Counted from the stretch's first letter, positions 25,936 to 41,200 are shown. The stretch is DNA of 64,000 nucleotides from Antedon mediterranea (GCF_964355755.1 NC_092671.1:12276001-12340000); one strand, 5' to 3'. Numbers and translations are program-made. Notes: generated by a model from the sequence alone, not told the origin.

Positions 25936-25976
25936 TAGCACTGATGAAGGGTTAGTGTTACCCGAAAGCTCTGCTA
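25936..25976 (+). ncRNA. Minimal type I hammerhead ribozyme (Penelope-like/retrozyme type)
   Basis: TAGCA-CTGATGA-A-GGGT(tagtgtt)ACCC-GAAA-GC-TC-TGCTA. Stem I is TAGCA/TGCTA, both core boxes are intact, stem II has 4 bp, and palindromic AGCT replaces stem III. Predicted cut after C25971. Confidence 0.75.
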
Positions 25977-28340
25977 ATTTTTATGGCATTTTAACTTTAT
26001 CGTTTATATTTAGCTTGTTGCTTATTTTATTTGTATCTCCATTGAGATCCAGCTACTGATACCCACAGCATTGTCATTTTTTTTCCAGTAATTTGCCCTT
26101 GGATTTATATAATGATATGATATGATATCATTGATAATGGGAATCGTATAACAGTAGCACAGATACATAGGAGCAAAAGTAAAACATATTATATCTCACT
26201 ATTCATGAAAATTCAGTTCACCATGAATGTAATTTACATAATTGCTTTGGAAACTGAATAATTGTTGTACTGTACATCTATATGCACAAGCAGCTGTATT
26301 TGCTTAGATACAGATATAAATCTAACATTTTAAAAACAGTCTTTGTATTTTACAATATTATTATTTTTTCACCATGTGTTGATGATTATTAGACACCAAT
26401 CTATTCAATCAAATTTTAAAATATGAAATATAAAAATTGCGGTAATGCTGAGGTGAGAAATTAACTGTATAATAATAAAACTAAATCATTGGAATATGAT
26501 CAAATAGATTGTTGAATTGTTAATATGTGTTTTGAATCCTTGGCGTTACCTCTGTACAGATTCAAAAGTGATCATTTTCATTCGTTCGTGTGGCAGTTCC
26601 TAATTGTCAGCAAATTGTTTGGTTCGTCTTGATTATAAACGATAATTCATCATTCTCAATCATGACTTTTATCATTCAAATGGTTTATTAGGTTAACTAC
26701 GCTAGTAAGAAATGCATTGGCACTTTATTACGAGTATCTTTGTAATATTGATTTTTAGATTTTTCTATACGCATTGGGTGTAATTTTACTGGGCAAAGGT
26801 AGGTGAGGACAACAACCTTTTAAGTATATCTCATATTTTTGCTATTCAGTGTTACTAGACTATCCTATAGTACTGTTTACTGTCCACAATTGATAACAAA
26901 ATATATATTTTATGTATGTTTTTTGTAATTTAACAGTGATATACAGTACTGGTAATTAATTATTTTTTAAATGAATGTTGAATGATTGATGCGATATTTG
27001 TGAATTTATATCATACCTAAATACACAAAATATGTCTTACTCAACTGGCGTCTATTTATTCTTGATGTCTACTTCAGAATTCTTCTACCTGACTATCATC
27101 AAGAAACCATCAATTATTTTCTGCTTTCCAGAATATCTTTGATTATTTGTCATTATTAAAAATCAGCCAAGCATAAGTTGACCAATATGTATTTTGTTTA
27201 GGATGGCCAGCTTTAATTAAGATATTTACTCATGTTTAGGTATACCACTGTTCTTTAAGCAGCTGGGTATGGCCTCCGTAAATAGGTATTGTATATATGA
27301 TTTCTAATTTGTTTAATAATATTAGGGACCTTTGGATTATGACGAATGACGATCGATGACCATACAGTAACTACAGCATATTGGGACGTGTGTCCTCTCT
27401 TCCCTCTCTGATTCTCGACACAGGTTAGATGGTTTCTAGGTCCAGGCGCCCTAGGTTGGGTCATTTCAATTTTGAACATTTGAAGAAGAAACCTTGTTTT
27501 TTTTTGTGGGTGCTAGTATTTTTTCAATCATACAGTTCAAGATTGGAACACCCAAACTTGCTGCCAAGAACCTACACCACTACAAGCTGTGTCAACCAAA
27601 TTTCATCTGTTACAGTAATTAACAATACAGAAAATGTGATGATTATTTGTACGTTGACAAATTGATGTTGTTCATTATCATATTCCAGTGGCCAATTGTA
27701 TATAATTATAATTGTGTTTCAATCACTGTAGATTACGAAAAACAACCGATTTATGATAACTATTTCACATACATCAGCGTTGTTATGGTTTTGTAGTGGT
27801 TAGCAAAGTAGTTTATGTTGTAATTGAGATCACAAGTGTGATATCAGATTACTGTCGTTTAATTAAGTCTAGGTTATGGTTATATCTATGAGGTTTATCT
27901 TATACAAAGGCAATATCAGACCTCACAATTCTCCTGATAATCATGTGAGATTACCAATATTCCTGAGTGATCTTCCGTCTCCTAAAGGTGCAATTTCTCC
28001 AGATTTTTTTGGATATACAAAAATATCAAATCAAATTCAGGAATTTACCATTTGGACTTTAATTTAATGGCCCTTTATGGTTAACTAAAAGAGAAAAATT
28101 TATTTGCAAAGCATTTTTCTCAATGCAATTTCGTGTATGCAATGCTTGAAAAGTTCCTGGCATAATTATCATTTTTTATACTAAATAGATGCCGAAAGAG
28201 AGAAAATTTTTCAATACTTCTTTTTGGATACATTTTTATAAAATCATTATGACCTCGTTTTAAATCATTATAAAGTCTCCTGATATTTATATTTTGGGCA
28301 AAATATAATATAATCATATTCAAAATATATATGCTTGATG

Positions 28341-28467
28341 CAAAAGTGTGATGACGTGCCCAAATATGGTTGTGATATACCCAAACACAGTAGTGATATG
28401 ACATTAAAATGTCCATATATTAGCATACAGTATCACATTTTTTTGTCACATACAGACAGCTAGAGCT
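28341..28467 (-). mobile_element. Degenerate agctctgtctacact-family MITE
   Basis: gtgcccaaatatgg…gtagtgatatgacat…tcacattttttttgtcacata…agagct, in reverse orientation. Confidence 0.6.
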
Positions 28468-29818
28468 TTTGAAAAATAGCTTTAGAATTGTTCCAAGAAT
28501 GTTTCATCATTTTCAATAGTTATGTTAATCTATAAGTAGGCCTAATCCCATTAGAAATACCCAATTCAACTTCACTTATTTGTTTGGATATAAGCATAAT
28601 TGGTTTTCTATATTCAGTTTCATTATAAATATTACGTACATTGGTTGCCAGTGTAATTGACTATGTATGCACAAAGACTAGAAGCATTTATCTTACGGCG
28701 TATGCCATATTCATTTATTGAAAGAGGTACTGTACATGTTATTCTGAATTAATTATTGATTCGGAAGTTACACCTTTCTTCACTCATAATTTAGCGCTGT
28801 TATATATCTGTACAGGCCCATTCATTTTTATATCTTTAACAACAAGTTTTAACTTGTACAAAAAATCTTGTTTTTAAACATTTAAAAATTTTAATGCTAA
28901 GCATCTGAGACCTATACAGTATAATAATTTGGTCGTACCATGATGACATTTTCAGAAATTATCATCATCAACAATTTAACCCCCTTTTTAAAATTAAAGA
29001 AATTAGTCAGTCGAATTGACTCGCATAAAATGCATATTTAAGCTAGATACTGCGTGGGCTAAATCTATGTGTCACGAATGAAATCCAATTATTCAGGAAA
29101 ATGTTCATATAATAGATATATTAATACTCTTTAAATAGGCAACAGAGTAATACTTTTTATTTAGGTAATCGCACTAATACAGATATTCAATCATGGTTAA
29201 GTTCATTGTGACACTATAAAATGCGAGTAAAATATAAAGACTATCAATATCATCATTATTTAATAAAATTTAATGTTCTCCCTATTAAAAGGGGCTATTA
29301 TGTCATCTCTCTCTACTTCTTGCACATCATGTGCCATACTTTAATTCAGTTTTACTGTACTTTGTCATGTCATCGTGGAAGACCCTGTCCTACCCCTTTA
29401 AATTGGAAACTGTTTAGTGCTGACTGAGTTTTAACAATTGCAGTGATTTGTTTTTTAACATACATAGTATCATAAATCTCTCTAACATTTCTCTGTGACA
29501 GCCAACTAGTTTTGGTTATTTTTTTTTTTAAATGTAGTACGTTTTGTCAAAATGAGTAGGAGGAAGAATTTACTATCACAAATACCTGACTTAAAATATT
29601 CTCCTAAAATTGAACAGATTTCATCACATGCTATATAATATAATTAAGGCATTTTTTTTTTATTTTTCAAGAACATTAAAAACTTGCATATTCTTTACCC
29701 TTACAGCCAAAAGTGCAAGGCACAAATTACAAGTTGATGAAAAAATATACATTTAAAAATACAAAAATAAACTTTATATAATAATTAATAATGGTTGATT
29801 TGGTTTGGTTTTAATATT

Positions 29819-29938
29819 TGTCTACACTATAAAACAAAACAAAAAAGTGTGCCCAAATATGGCATGACATGACATCATGTCCATATAGGGCATATCACAT
29901 TTTTATGTCACATAAAGTTTGTGTCTGTAGACAGAGCC
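29819..29938 (-). mobile_element. agctctgtctacact-family MITE
   Basis: tgtctacactat…gtgcccaaatatgg…catcatgtccatatagggcatatcacat…tgtagacagagcc. Confidence 0.7.
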
Positions 29939-32255
29939 TTTGAACTCTTAATTTGTTTCTAGAGTCTGTGCATCATACAGTAGTTTAATAGTTTTCATTT
30001 TGAGACGGTACAAAAGAATGAGCGTTGAATCAAGCAAATACAGTCACAATAAGAAATGAAACAGAGTACAGTGGCAGATCCTGGGCCTAAAAATGAAATG
30101 AAGGGCTGAGCTTAATTTGATGTTCTACCTTTTGCATTACATTTAGTGATTTTGGATCCGCCCCAGGTGTATACTGGGTATGCAAATGTTAATAATCTTT
30201 TGTATAAAATTATCATTGGCTGTACCATCCTGAAACGAAAGCTTTCTACTCAGATTCATGAACCTAATAAGAACCTGTACAATTTCCACCAGCCTGAATG
30301 TACTTAAACAATGTACTTCTATAAACAGAAGTATGTTACTGAGAAACTATGACGATTCATGTTAGGACAAATGGATCAAATTGCTGAAAGTCTAGACTCA
30401 ATTATCATATTTTTCTGTTCTTTATTGAAATTCATTGATTTGTTTCAATCAAATGTGGGTATGTTGTTTCATTATTGGGATATGAGCATCTCTGCATTGA
30501 ACACTTTTAACCAATTATTCATTGCGTCACACTCTCACGATAAAATTGTTGTTGTGTAATATTTCCTTCTTACAAATTAAAACAATGGTAAGTATTGTTT
30601 TATAACTACTTTAAGTCTGTTTTGTTAATCTTTTTTTAATATATTTTTTTGTACAGCAATCTTTTTTTGTGACTTATTTGAGAATCCATAATGCTATGTT
30701 AAAGTCTTTAATTATTGTGGTATGAAACTTCTGTAGAAATGATTGTTTCTTCTGATAAATATTCTATGTATCTTCAAATGTGTTTTGACTGCACTGTAAC
30801 CAACAGTAGAGTTGTAGCTTGATAGTTTTGATACTCAGCTACCAGTCCTGGATCCAAATCCTTCCAGATGTGATGAATTTTTTACACACCAAGTTCAACA
30901 CCACTCCTAAACAGATGAATTTCTACTTCCCACCTTTCACTCTTGGCGATCCTTGGCTGTGTGCCTACAGAATTTGTTTTTAAATTTTAAAACAGTATAA
31001 TTTTGTTCTTTATGCCTACTAAAATCTTACCTTAAATAATCTTTTAGACAGCAAACTAACTTGGTGCTTTCAGTGGGGAAAACACAATTATTGGAACAGC
31101 ATTTTCTTACGTTGAGTAGGATGCGTAGTGTTGCTAGTGTGAACCATGATTTAGTGGCTTTATAACTTCTATCAGTATCTCCTCTGTGGTAAATTCTATT
31201 TTTAAATTACCGAACATTATGGTTTTTTTTCATGAGTCTTATCTGAGAGGAATGTCTAATAGAAACTTGTAAAAGGAAATTGTTCATCATTATGGTGCAT
31301 ATTTAATTTATTAGTTTGCCTAAATGTCTTTAGGCTAGAAACTTCCATTAGCAATAGTCACTGATTCTGACCAGATTCACAAGCAATCATTTCAAAAAAT
31401 GCTCCCAGCTTTTATAGTTACTTTGGTTACAGCATGTCTGAAAAATTACAAAAAAAATGCTACTTTTAAAATTCTATTTTATGAGTTAACCACCTAATGT
31501 TGAAATGTAATAAATCCTGTCTTGATTTGACATTCAATTAATATTTTTAAATAATATTAAAGAATAACCTAATTTAATACTCTATAACATTTAATATTTA
31601 AATTTTTTTTTAATGTTTATGGTCATGGTTGTCAATATTCTTACAAATTATTAGGCTAATATGTGTGACTGATTATGCTAATTAAGTAGTATTATGTTAA
31701 TTGGATTATTATGTAAATTACAGCCTTCTCATAAAAGAACTGAAATATTACTCTAGTCTGAAATATTATTTATGATTGGTTGTGTTTTCTATATCAAACA
31801 ATTCTATAAAAGAACTATTTTAAAAATAAAACTATTTCATAATTATGTTAATTGCTGCATTATTCTAATTACCAGGTTGTTATGCTAATTACATGATTAT
31901 TATATGCAATTGAAATACACAGTCACGATTAAAGTCTGACACTTTATATCTATGGTAATGATTTAGTTGAAGGAAGCAATCTATGTATACATTTGTAAAA
32001 CCTGTTTCACGAAAGAATATAATTACTTTCAAGGCAGTGCCGTAATACTGTATTCGTTCATAGGGTTATTATTATTACTACAGTGTAGCTGAACGCACTG
32101 CATGTACGAAAAGGTACTGTAGCGCTATATGAATATAAAGCTGTTCAATTTTAAAATACTTTTTCACCTCTAGGCCACAAAATAAAATATTTCTGTTGTT
32201 GATTAATGGCAACAATATAAAACTGTTTTGTACATTTTATTTTTAATAGGACATC

Positions 32256-35200
32256 ATGGGGAGAAAGTTAAATTTGTCACACCTATCCGATGGAGAATGC
32301 CGTCAAATCTTAGATGTTATTCAACGAGACTTCAGGTTACGGCAGAAGGAGAAAGACAGGATTGGGTAAGAGTTTTTGTTTTTGTTTATTAGCTTGTTTT
32401 TGGTTGAATCCTTTTTGGTTTTTTTTTTTTGTAATTAAACTTTTAAAAAGGTAAAAGATCGTTAAGTAGTAACTTTGTGATCAGCGAATAAACATTTCTT
32501 GATATCGTACCTAAGGCCTGCATTCAAAGAAAGAAAGATGGAACAATATACAGTGATAACATACTTGATCTATACATTTATTCACAAAACCACCTTATGA
32601 AAAATGAAGATTTATTGATGCTGTACATACATCGTCTGAAAGGTTTTACAGACAATGCAAACATTAGTTAGTAGTTTAAATTTTATTGTTTTGGTGCAAC
32701 AAAAAAGTTAAAAATTAAAGACTTTACTATAAATATGTTACCTCAATAGTATATTGAAGAAGAAAGTAGAGGAAGAAGAGGAGAAACGTTCAGTACTGTC
32801 ACGACAACAGGCGTTCAATCAGAAACATTGTATGCGCTGTTTTTCGGCATTTGGGATGTTATTCAACAAACGAGGTCAATGTGTTGTTTGTCATTACTTC
32901 TTCTGTAAAGAATGTCGGATATGTGTTCATAGTATTTTGTGGATTTGTAAGGGATGCATCACAGAAAGGTAACAATTATTTTTTTTTTTAAGTTAATGTT
33001 ATTCTTACTCATTAAATAGAGACTTTACAAAACACGATGGTTACGAGAGGACGATGAATATTCTGTGTTCGCTAGAGCGTAAAATCATATACAGTTGACA
33101 TGCCGTTTTATTAGTTACGTACCCTTGCGCGAAGAGGACGACCGGCAGTATCTCCCTCCCCTGTCTCGTGGCGCAGGGCTTTTCTGAATCGCTTGGCTCT
33201 GGTGATACAGCATAGGCCTAGCCTTCCGAGCTAGGGGCCTTGCATTCAAATGCCGCTTTTAACACAGCCATTTTAACCCAATAAAAGTGTTATTTCATTA
33301 AACAATTAAATCAGAAGTTCAAATATTATTTAGAGTTTGAAAATTCCATGTTTAAGTGTTATTGAACAGTATATATTGTTTCTAGTCAACGGGAAAATGG
33401 CAACTTTATCATCCTCAAAAGACAACGGAATTTCATGCTAATTACGCTTCACCCCTACATACATTATTCATGAGCACCATCCTCCTGTGGCTTCCCGTTG
33501 TGTTTTGTAAAGTCCCTAATATTCACAGTACTATATTATAGTCAAACAAAATACTATTTCTTTTCTTTTTTAAAGTTCTGTTTAAAGTAATTTTGGGCAA
33601 TATTAATAGATTTAAAATTCTTTCAATACCCATGACTGTCTGCTAACGGCTTTAAACTGAATACCTGACTTTCAACTATCGATGTGCAAGATCAGGCATG
33701 ACCAATACGATTGGACAAGACAGATTTTTCTGCAGCAGAATTTATTCATCGGATTATCGGTTTAATCAAAATTTATCATGAATTTTATAAAATTTGACAA
33801 GATTATATATAACCTGTCTTGTGATTGGCCAGTTCACATTTCGGTTACCTAATAGACTAAAATACGGTATTTAACATGGTCAGAAATAAATATTTATTCC
33901 AAATGAGAGAGCTATTCTGGTGAAATATAAATACCATGAAAACAGTAAGAATACAGCTATTATTTTGTTAATAGTTTATTTATATATAAAATTTGTGAAG
34001 GGATGGTATTTGGTAAGAGGGGTGAATTCTTGAGTACTGTAAATTCTCTTCTAGATTCACATATGAATTGAAATATACCATGTATTACCTGTGTGTCAGT
34101 GCGTTAAGATCAATCATTTCAGATTCTCTTTAGGGAGTAATTTCAGTTGATAATGGTTTATGCAACTGAAAATTCTAATGAGAAAGATGACTAAATTTGT
34201 TGGCCTCTTTAAGACCAAGACCCTAGGCTCTTAACCTTTTAAACAAAACCTATGTACAGCATCAAACACAATCTTCTGTAAATATGGTATAAAATGTTTC
34301 AGTCTTTCAACTGATATCTGCCAAGAAAAAAGAATTCTATAAATATTGATTGTACTGTACAACAACAAAAACTTGTATTTGACAGACTAAGCTATATATT
34401 GTGTTTGATAATTTAGCACGATGAAGCTTAACAGTCATTCTCATGTTAATTCATTAGTCCAATCGCATTTATCATAGAAATGTTAAAAATTGTCACGTAT
34501 TTCCTTGCCAAAGCATATGTGTAGTAACTTTGCTCAATTTGATTCTAGCATTCAACATTTTTATTGTTTTATGAGAGAATGTGTGTTTTTTTTTATATTA
34601 TTTTTGTTATGAATGTTAACTAATGACAACAATTTCAACATATGCATTATGTGTTGGGCACTATAAAATAAATATTATTTAAGTAAAATCTTAAAGCATG
34701 CAAACTTCAAGCTTTTCTAGCATAAATGTACATACTTGTCATTGTATGTCACATTCATTAATGTCCCATGTTCTTTTCCATGAATGCATGAATTTATGAA
34801 CTTTACTCAAACATATTTTTACATTTACAAGTGTATCATCATTAAATAGACCAATCTTTTACTCATGATAATTAATTCTTTCACATTCATTTGTATATTA
34901 ACTAATACACTCCAGCTGGTTTTGATTTCTGAAGTCTTGCTCACTAACATTACAATATTTCAGGACCAATTTCATGATTGTGATAATCAATTTTAAATTA
35001 TTAAATTGTATTAAATCACAACAGAGTACGTTGACATATAATATAAGTATTTGTGCAATCATCCCGCAATTAGCTTATTTGTTTTCACAATTGAAATTGC
35101 GTGACGCAAGTGGATTAATGATCGCATAATAGGTGAATTTTCTTTTTACCTGTCAATAGAATGCACATTCTAATAGGATATTCTTGTTGTTGAGTTTAAT

Positions 35201-38200
35201 GTACCCAACAAATCCTATGTTAACGTTGTAAATCTATACAGAAATGAAATATAAATTGAATATTAGAAAAATAAATTCATAAACATTTTAAAACAATTTA
35301 TCTCGGATACAAATTTTTTTTTATTTGAAAAAGGTAATATCAACTTTATAAATATTGTAAACATTTTTGAATGAATTTTTCTTATGCACAAACAGGCCAA
35401 GCTGAAAAATAAAATAAGAGAAACCATATTGTGAGGCTACAATAATAAATACAGATTTATCTCAGCTTTTCCTACAAAAAGACTATGAATAGGAATTAAA
35501 TATAATGTTAATTAAAAAAATTAAAATATACAAAAAGGACACAATCAAACACTCTTGAACCAAATTTGAAATAATTATGAACTATTGTTGTAAAACTTTT
35601 CACACACATCAATGCATACTATTACTGTCAACAAATTTAGCTTCAATTATTTATTAAATCAATATGTGCCTATTATTGTTTTCGCTATCACAAAATCACA
35701 ATTACCACGTCAAGCACAATCAGCGATTAAGTTTTTCCAAAAATAGTAAGTCATTAATAGGAACCATCCAACGTCATTAACACATATAACCTATGCATTA
35801 TGTGCCTAACAAAATTGGATTGAATTTTATGTTACTGAAAAGTTAATTAAAGGTAGGTTCTATCTAGAAGTTAAAAAGGCTTTTCATTATAAAAAGAATC
35901 TTTAGAGGATTTAACGATACAAATTTTGTAGTGCTAAGGTGGATGTAATGTTTGTTATAGGTTTCTTTCATATTTAATACACCATATCAAGATATACTGT
36001 ACAAATCACCTGCGTGATTAATCACAGTTATTATTTTAAAAATCTGATTACCGGTATGTTAATGTAATGTATAATGTGATTTTGTGAGACCTAAAAAAGT
36101 AATTGATTTGATCTACAAGTATATGCTAATAGATTCAAACTGTATTGTCAGTCAACCATATTAATTCTTACTTTCTATGTTGGATCACATTAATCTTTTA
36201 ATGGAGAAACTACAAGATACTAACCCCTTGATTGGGACATCTCTATTAAGAAAGAAATCAGGGGCAACATATCTTACAACTGCTGTAACAGCCAATCCCT
36301 ACTGCTGGTGCCCGGAGGTGTTGTCTTTATTAAGTCCGAATTTATAGTACAATAGAATCTCTCCTTTTCTTATGAAGAAACTTTCTAGAAAAATGAACAA
36401 TGAAGCAATATATCTTTTAACACTACAGTCAACCTTTGTTTAGGGAATACCCCTATGAAGGGAACACTTTGTTGAGTTGAAAAAGTGTTAATTACCCTTA
36501 ATTAAGGGTCTACTTTATTCAATAATTTTTACTTTTATGATTCTTAAATGGGCTGCCTCTTACATGTTTTTTTGTATTTTGCCTAGGCTCTCAGTTACCC
36601 AAATTATGTTACTTTATTATCAATTTACAAGAGAAATAAATGTTACTTTTGACTTTACTTGAAAGCAAATAAATGCGTAATATCAAATAACGACAGTTAG
36701 TTTTATCTATTCTATAGACAACTTCAGTCTCAAGCATTCGAGTGGTACTACGATAAGATAAAGGACCGTTTCCGTCGGTATGGCAGTGCGAAAGTCGTCC
36801 GTTCATTATACAAACGCAAAAGTAACGAGTACTGTGAGTATATTCCGTTATTCGTCTCCTTTGATTTACGATAAGCTTTTCATGTCATGAACTTATCGTT
36901 ATTCTAGGCCATATTCACCTGAATCACAAAGGCAATGTCATAAAATATTATACATATTCATAAATTTTGTTTTGCATATTTTAAATACTGCAATGAAAAA
37001 AAGCACTTTGATTGTCCGTTGACATATAACATTTTCTTATGCTTAGTAATTTTTAGTTATATGAATACGCATAAAAATAAAGATGTGTTTTTTTTAACCT
37101 AACATTTTAACTGTGACATTTGCATTTCATAATTTTAAATGGTAGTGATGTTAATAAGTATAAAATGCACAGATGAATTTTTATACATGAAATGTTATTT
37201 ATTCAGATAGCACAGATTGTAATATTTCATAAAAAACATACTTAACATTACATAATTGAATGCTATTAATTTGACATGAATATATTTGTATAGCCGAAAG
37301 CCCAAGTGATCAAAGCAACACAGATTCCGGGTTCGAGCATCAGCTTAGTCCTCATCGCCGCAACAATAGCATCCCCTTAGAAGATAAATCTACAAATACA
37401 GGTATAAACTTGTTACATTATGTACGGTGCATGTCAGTGACGTTTTTTAAACGGTACTCGGTATAATTTAAGGCTACTACTACTTTTTATAACACAGATG
37501 TGATGTGTAATTGTTACACATAATTGATCTGGGTTTTGCCTTTGCTGTTTGTTTTAAGAATGTTAATTATTAAAAGCAATTAATATTCAAGAAAAATCTT
37601 ATACTGTATATAGTGCATTGTTAGTAATATCATATATAATTGTTTATTAGCTTGTAAACCATTATAGCCAATCTTATTTTTGTGCATATTCTAGCTACTT
37701 TAGTAGTAAATTAGAAAAGCCAGGTGAGAGTTGAAAATAATCTAATTAACAACTGTGTATGTTATAAATGACAATAAGTAAAAATAGAGAAACCATAGCT
37801 CTGTGGAATTAGGTTGGATGATATCTATCACGATGGAACTATTAACTGTGTTTGCATTTTGGTGTTGTGGTTTTTTTTTGTCATATCCATTTAGTACTAA
37901 ACTGAATAACTTAAACTTAACTTTAAATCTGAGAAACCAATTTTCTCGTAATTCTCAAATAACTGATTAATGTTTAACTAAATAATTTAAGTAAATAATT
38001 GATGGTAAGTATTTATATCAGTATATAGATCCAGTCTTTTTAAACCATTATCAATATGATTTTACCTTATCATATTTGTAGCAATAAATTGTAATTACTA
38101 ATAATTTATCCGCTCTATTGCACTCAGTTGATTTTTAATATGCTTTTTTTGTCTGATCTGACAACAAGTGTGCTATAAAATTAAAAAGAACATTTAACGT

Positions 38201-41200
38201 GACAGCTTTTATAGTATGTGAGATGTAAAAAAGAATGCTATTGTTTTCATTAGTAAACAAAATATTTTTTTATATGTGTATTGACAAGTAATTAACAGAA
38301 CTTTTGATTAATTAAATTTCCTTGATTGAATGTTGCTTGTTTTCATGCATGTTGTATATTTTGCTATCAATGTACAGGCCTGAAAGCATCTGTTAAAATA
38401 CCAGTTTGTGCGGCTAGTGTTCCTGTAGAAAGTGAGTCTTTGTGTTATTTTCTTTAAATTGGTGGTTTATTCTTCTTCTTCTTTAATCTTGAAACAAAAA
38501 GCTTCATCAACACCCTTTCTATTGCTTTTTTCTATATCATACATACATGCATTTATTTTTTTAAATCAGGGTAACACTTAACTGTCAATGTAAGTGGGGG
38601 ATCTTTAAACTGATGGGCTTGAAAAAGGAAGCTTTACATAGTGGGTTACTGAGTTGCAGTAGCTGGTTAGTACACTAGGCTATTATACAGAAAGACGTGG
38701 GTGACTGTAAATAATTACCTATTTCAAAAATACTAGGTAAGGTGGCGAAGAGAGGAACTGGCCACCCTACCACATTATGGTAAGGCATAAAGTACAATGA
38801 GTTCCTAACATCTCTTTTCCCAATGTTCAAAATGAATCTTGGTCCCGCCCATTTCTAGAGATAATCAAAATGATTCGAAACACCTTTAATTAACCTCTTG
38901 CTGTCATTTTGACAGTCCTCTTCAGCTCAGTACATGGCAGTAATACTGGGTTTCTATCTGTACCACATTGCCAATGCCTTCAAAAATAATGTTTTTAATT
39001 GCTTACTTTTTTATATATTAAATGCAACAATGCATTAAACACTGTTTATGAATTAAAATGTTTTTATGCATCATGTGGTAGCATAAAATGTGATTTTTAT
39101 TAATATCCTTTGATTTCATTCCAATAAATATTTTTTGCATGTAATCATAGAGATCTCTATGATGTAATGCATTATCCAATGTGTGTATGTAGCGTAAATG
39201 AATATGTTATCTTCAAGAAAAATAAATTCTACATCTCTAAATCAAACTAATGCACAGATATTTTAAACAAAATGTGATATTATTTAGTCAATACATGATT
39301 GGCTGAGAACATTTAATCATGAAAAATAAGAGGATTTATTTTAAGAGGGTATTTAGCGGGTGGTATTGATGTTCGTGCAATGTACTCTGAAAAATTGCTT
39401 TTGATGTAAAATATATTAGAATTAAAGTGTATAAAGCTTTATTGAAGATCCTTTATATAAATTAATGTATTTTTTTGTTTGTATTATTAATACATTCAAA
39501 TATTTTAATTACTATAGTATATAACACAGCATTGTGACTAGCTTAAATTTGCATATATTACAATACATTCTATGAGCGTTCACTGGCTAAATCCAGGGGC
39601 TCCAGATATTAGAGCAGACCAATGCAACTACCAAGCATTGGAGACCCCTTTGATGTGTGAAAAGAGTGCACAATAAAATAAAAATAAGGCTAAAATCGAG
39701 CGAGAAAATAGTTGATCAGTATAGTGGGAAAACATTGTACCTTTAATTCTAGATTTCTAATAATTACCATCTACATTCTACTAGCATGCCAACTTTTGAG
39801 GGCAATAATGTTAAAGACGACCTTTAAACTATTTTATTGTCTTTACCTTGCGTTTAATTAATCATAAAATTTGCTTAGCATTGATGAATACATCTGGAAT
39901 GATCAGAAGCACTCAGAAGACAGTGTTTAATTTCCTTTCGTAAATGTCATCTCTCTAAAGCTATGCGATAGAAAGATGTTCCTCTTGGGTAATCTTCCTC
40001 TTTCCTGATTATGTACAAACAGTAATTTCAATGAGCATATAGTACACAACAGAGGGAATCTATTTCATTTAGTCAATTGTGGGTTCTGTTGATATTTCTT
40101 TTGTGATATTAAAAGTGTGTTTAAATATTGAAGGACATTCTTGTAATTAATACATGCAGGTAGGATTAGCTATCAGCTTGGAAATCAGAGTTTATGTTTA
40201 TTCTAATTCTTCTTTTTTCTTGGACGTCTTGTCTTCTTGTCTTCTTCCGCCAGGAGACTTTGTTAATTTAAGGCAGATTTAACAAGAAATATTTCTTACA
40301 AAAAACGCCGCTCGCTTGTTGACGTAACAGTTTTAAAGACATATTGTCCCCCTGAAAAATATTTTTTATTTGAAATTGGTTTTTGAATGTGTCAGTTTAT
40401 TGTCACATAATAGTTATTCATGTTAACCAAACAATTATTTAACTGAAAAAAATGTAACTTAAAGCAAAAAGTACTTTAATTGTCTTTCCAGACAATGGTT
40501 TTTGGGTTATAATAAACGTTTCTCTTCTCTTTTTATATTTGAATGAAAACACACATTTTTGTTTTTATATGCGCAGGATTTAGCATAATGCACTATATAA
40601 GCTAAATTATTATTATATAAACTCATTTGTTTGCATGTGTAGTACATTTTTATATAAGTTTTAAATATAAAAATTCTCAGAGATAGTAGTGAAAAATAGT
40701 ATTGATTAATATTATGAAATATGAATATTTATAATTATAATCCCTTTTATAAGAAATTGTAATTTGAATATTGTGTTAATGCTAATTAGGTTAAAAAGAT
40801 TTTAAGATGTGTATTTTGTATTCCTTTTCCCAAATGAATATAATTCCAGGCTACAACTATAATTACTATTAGCATTATATATTATATTTTAAAACTTTTT
40901 ATATTTGATTTGAATTTTGTTAATTTATAAATTTGAGATCTGAATTTTTTCATTTTATTGAACAAAACATTTTTTTTCTATAAGATAAAGAATTACTTGA
41001 AAGTATGCGTCCAGATATGGAGACAGTCTCAACACAGTGGCCTCCTGCAAATCGTAGAAACTCATATACAAGATCAGAAAGTTTATCACCAGACACAGAA
41101 AGTTGGCAGGTAGGTCTAATTTTTAACAAAATACTGTACTTAATTTTATTAACTACAAATTCTTGTCTTTAAACATTTCTGAAAGATGAAATACTTAATG

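Noticed and set aside
38640-38800. Degenerate SINE-like fragment (similarly ~30800-30900)
   Set aside because: Too decayed to define boundaries or family without a search.
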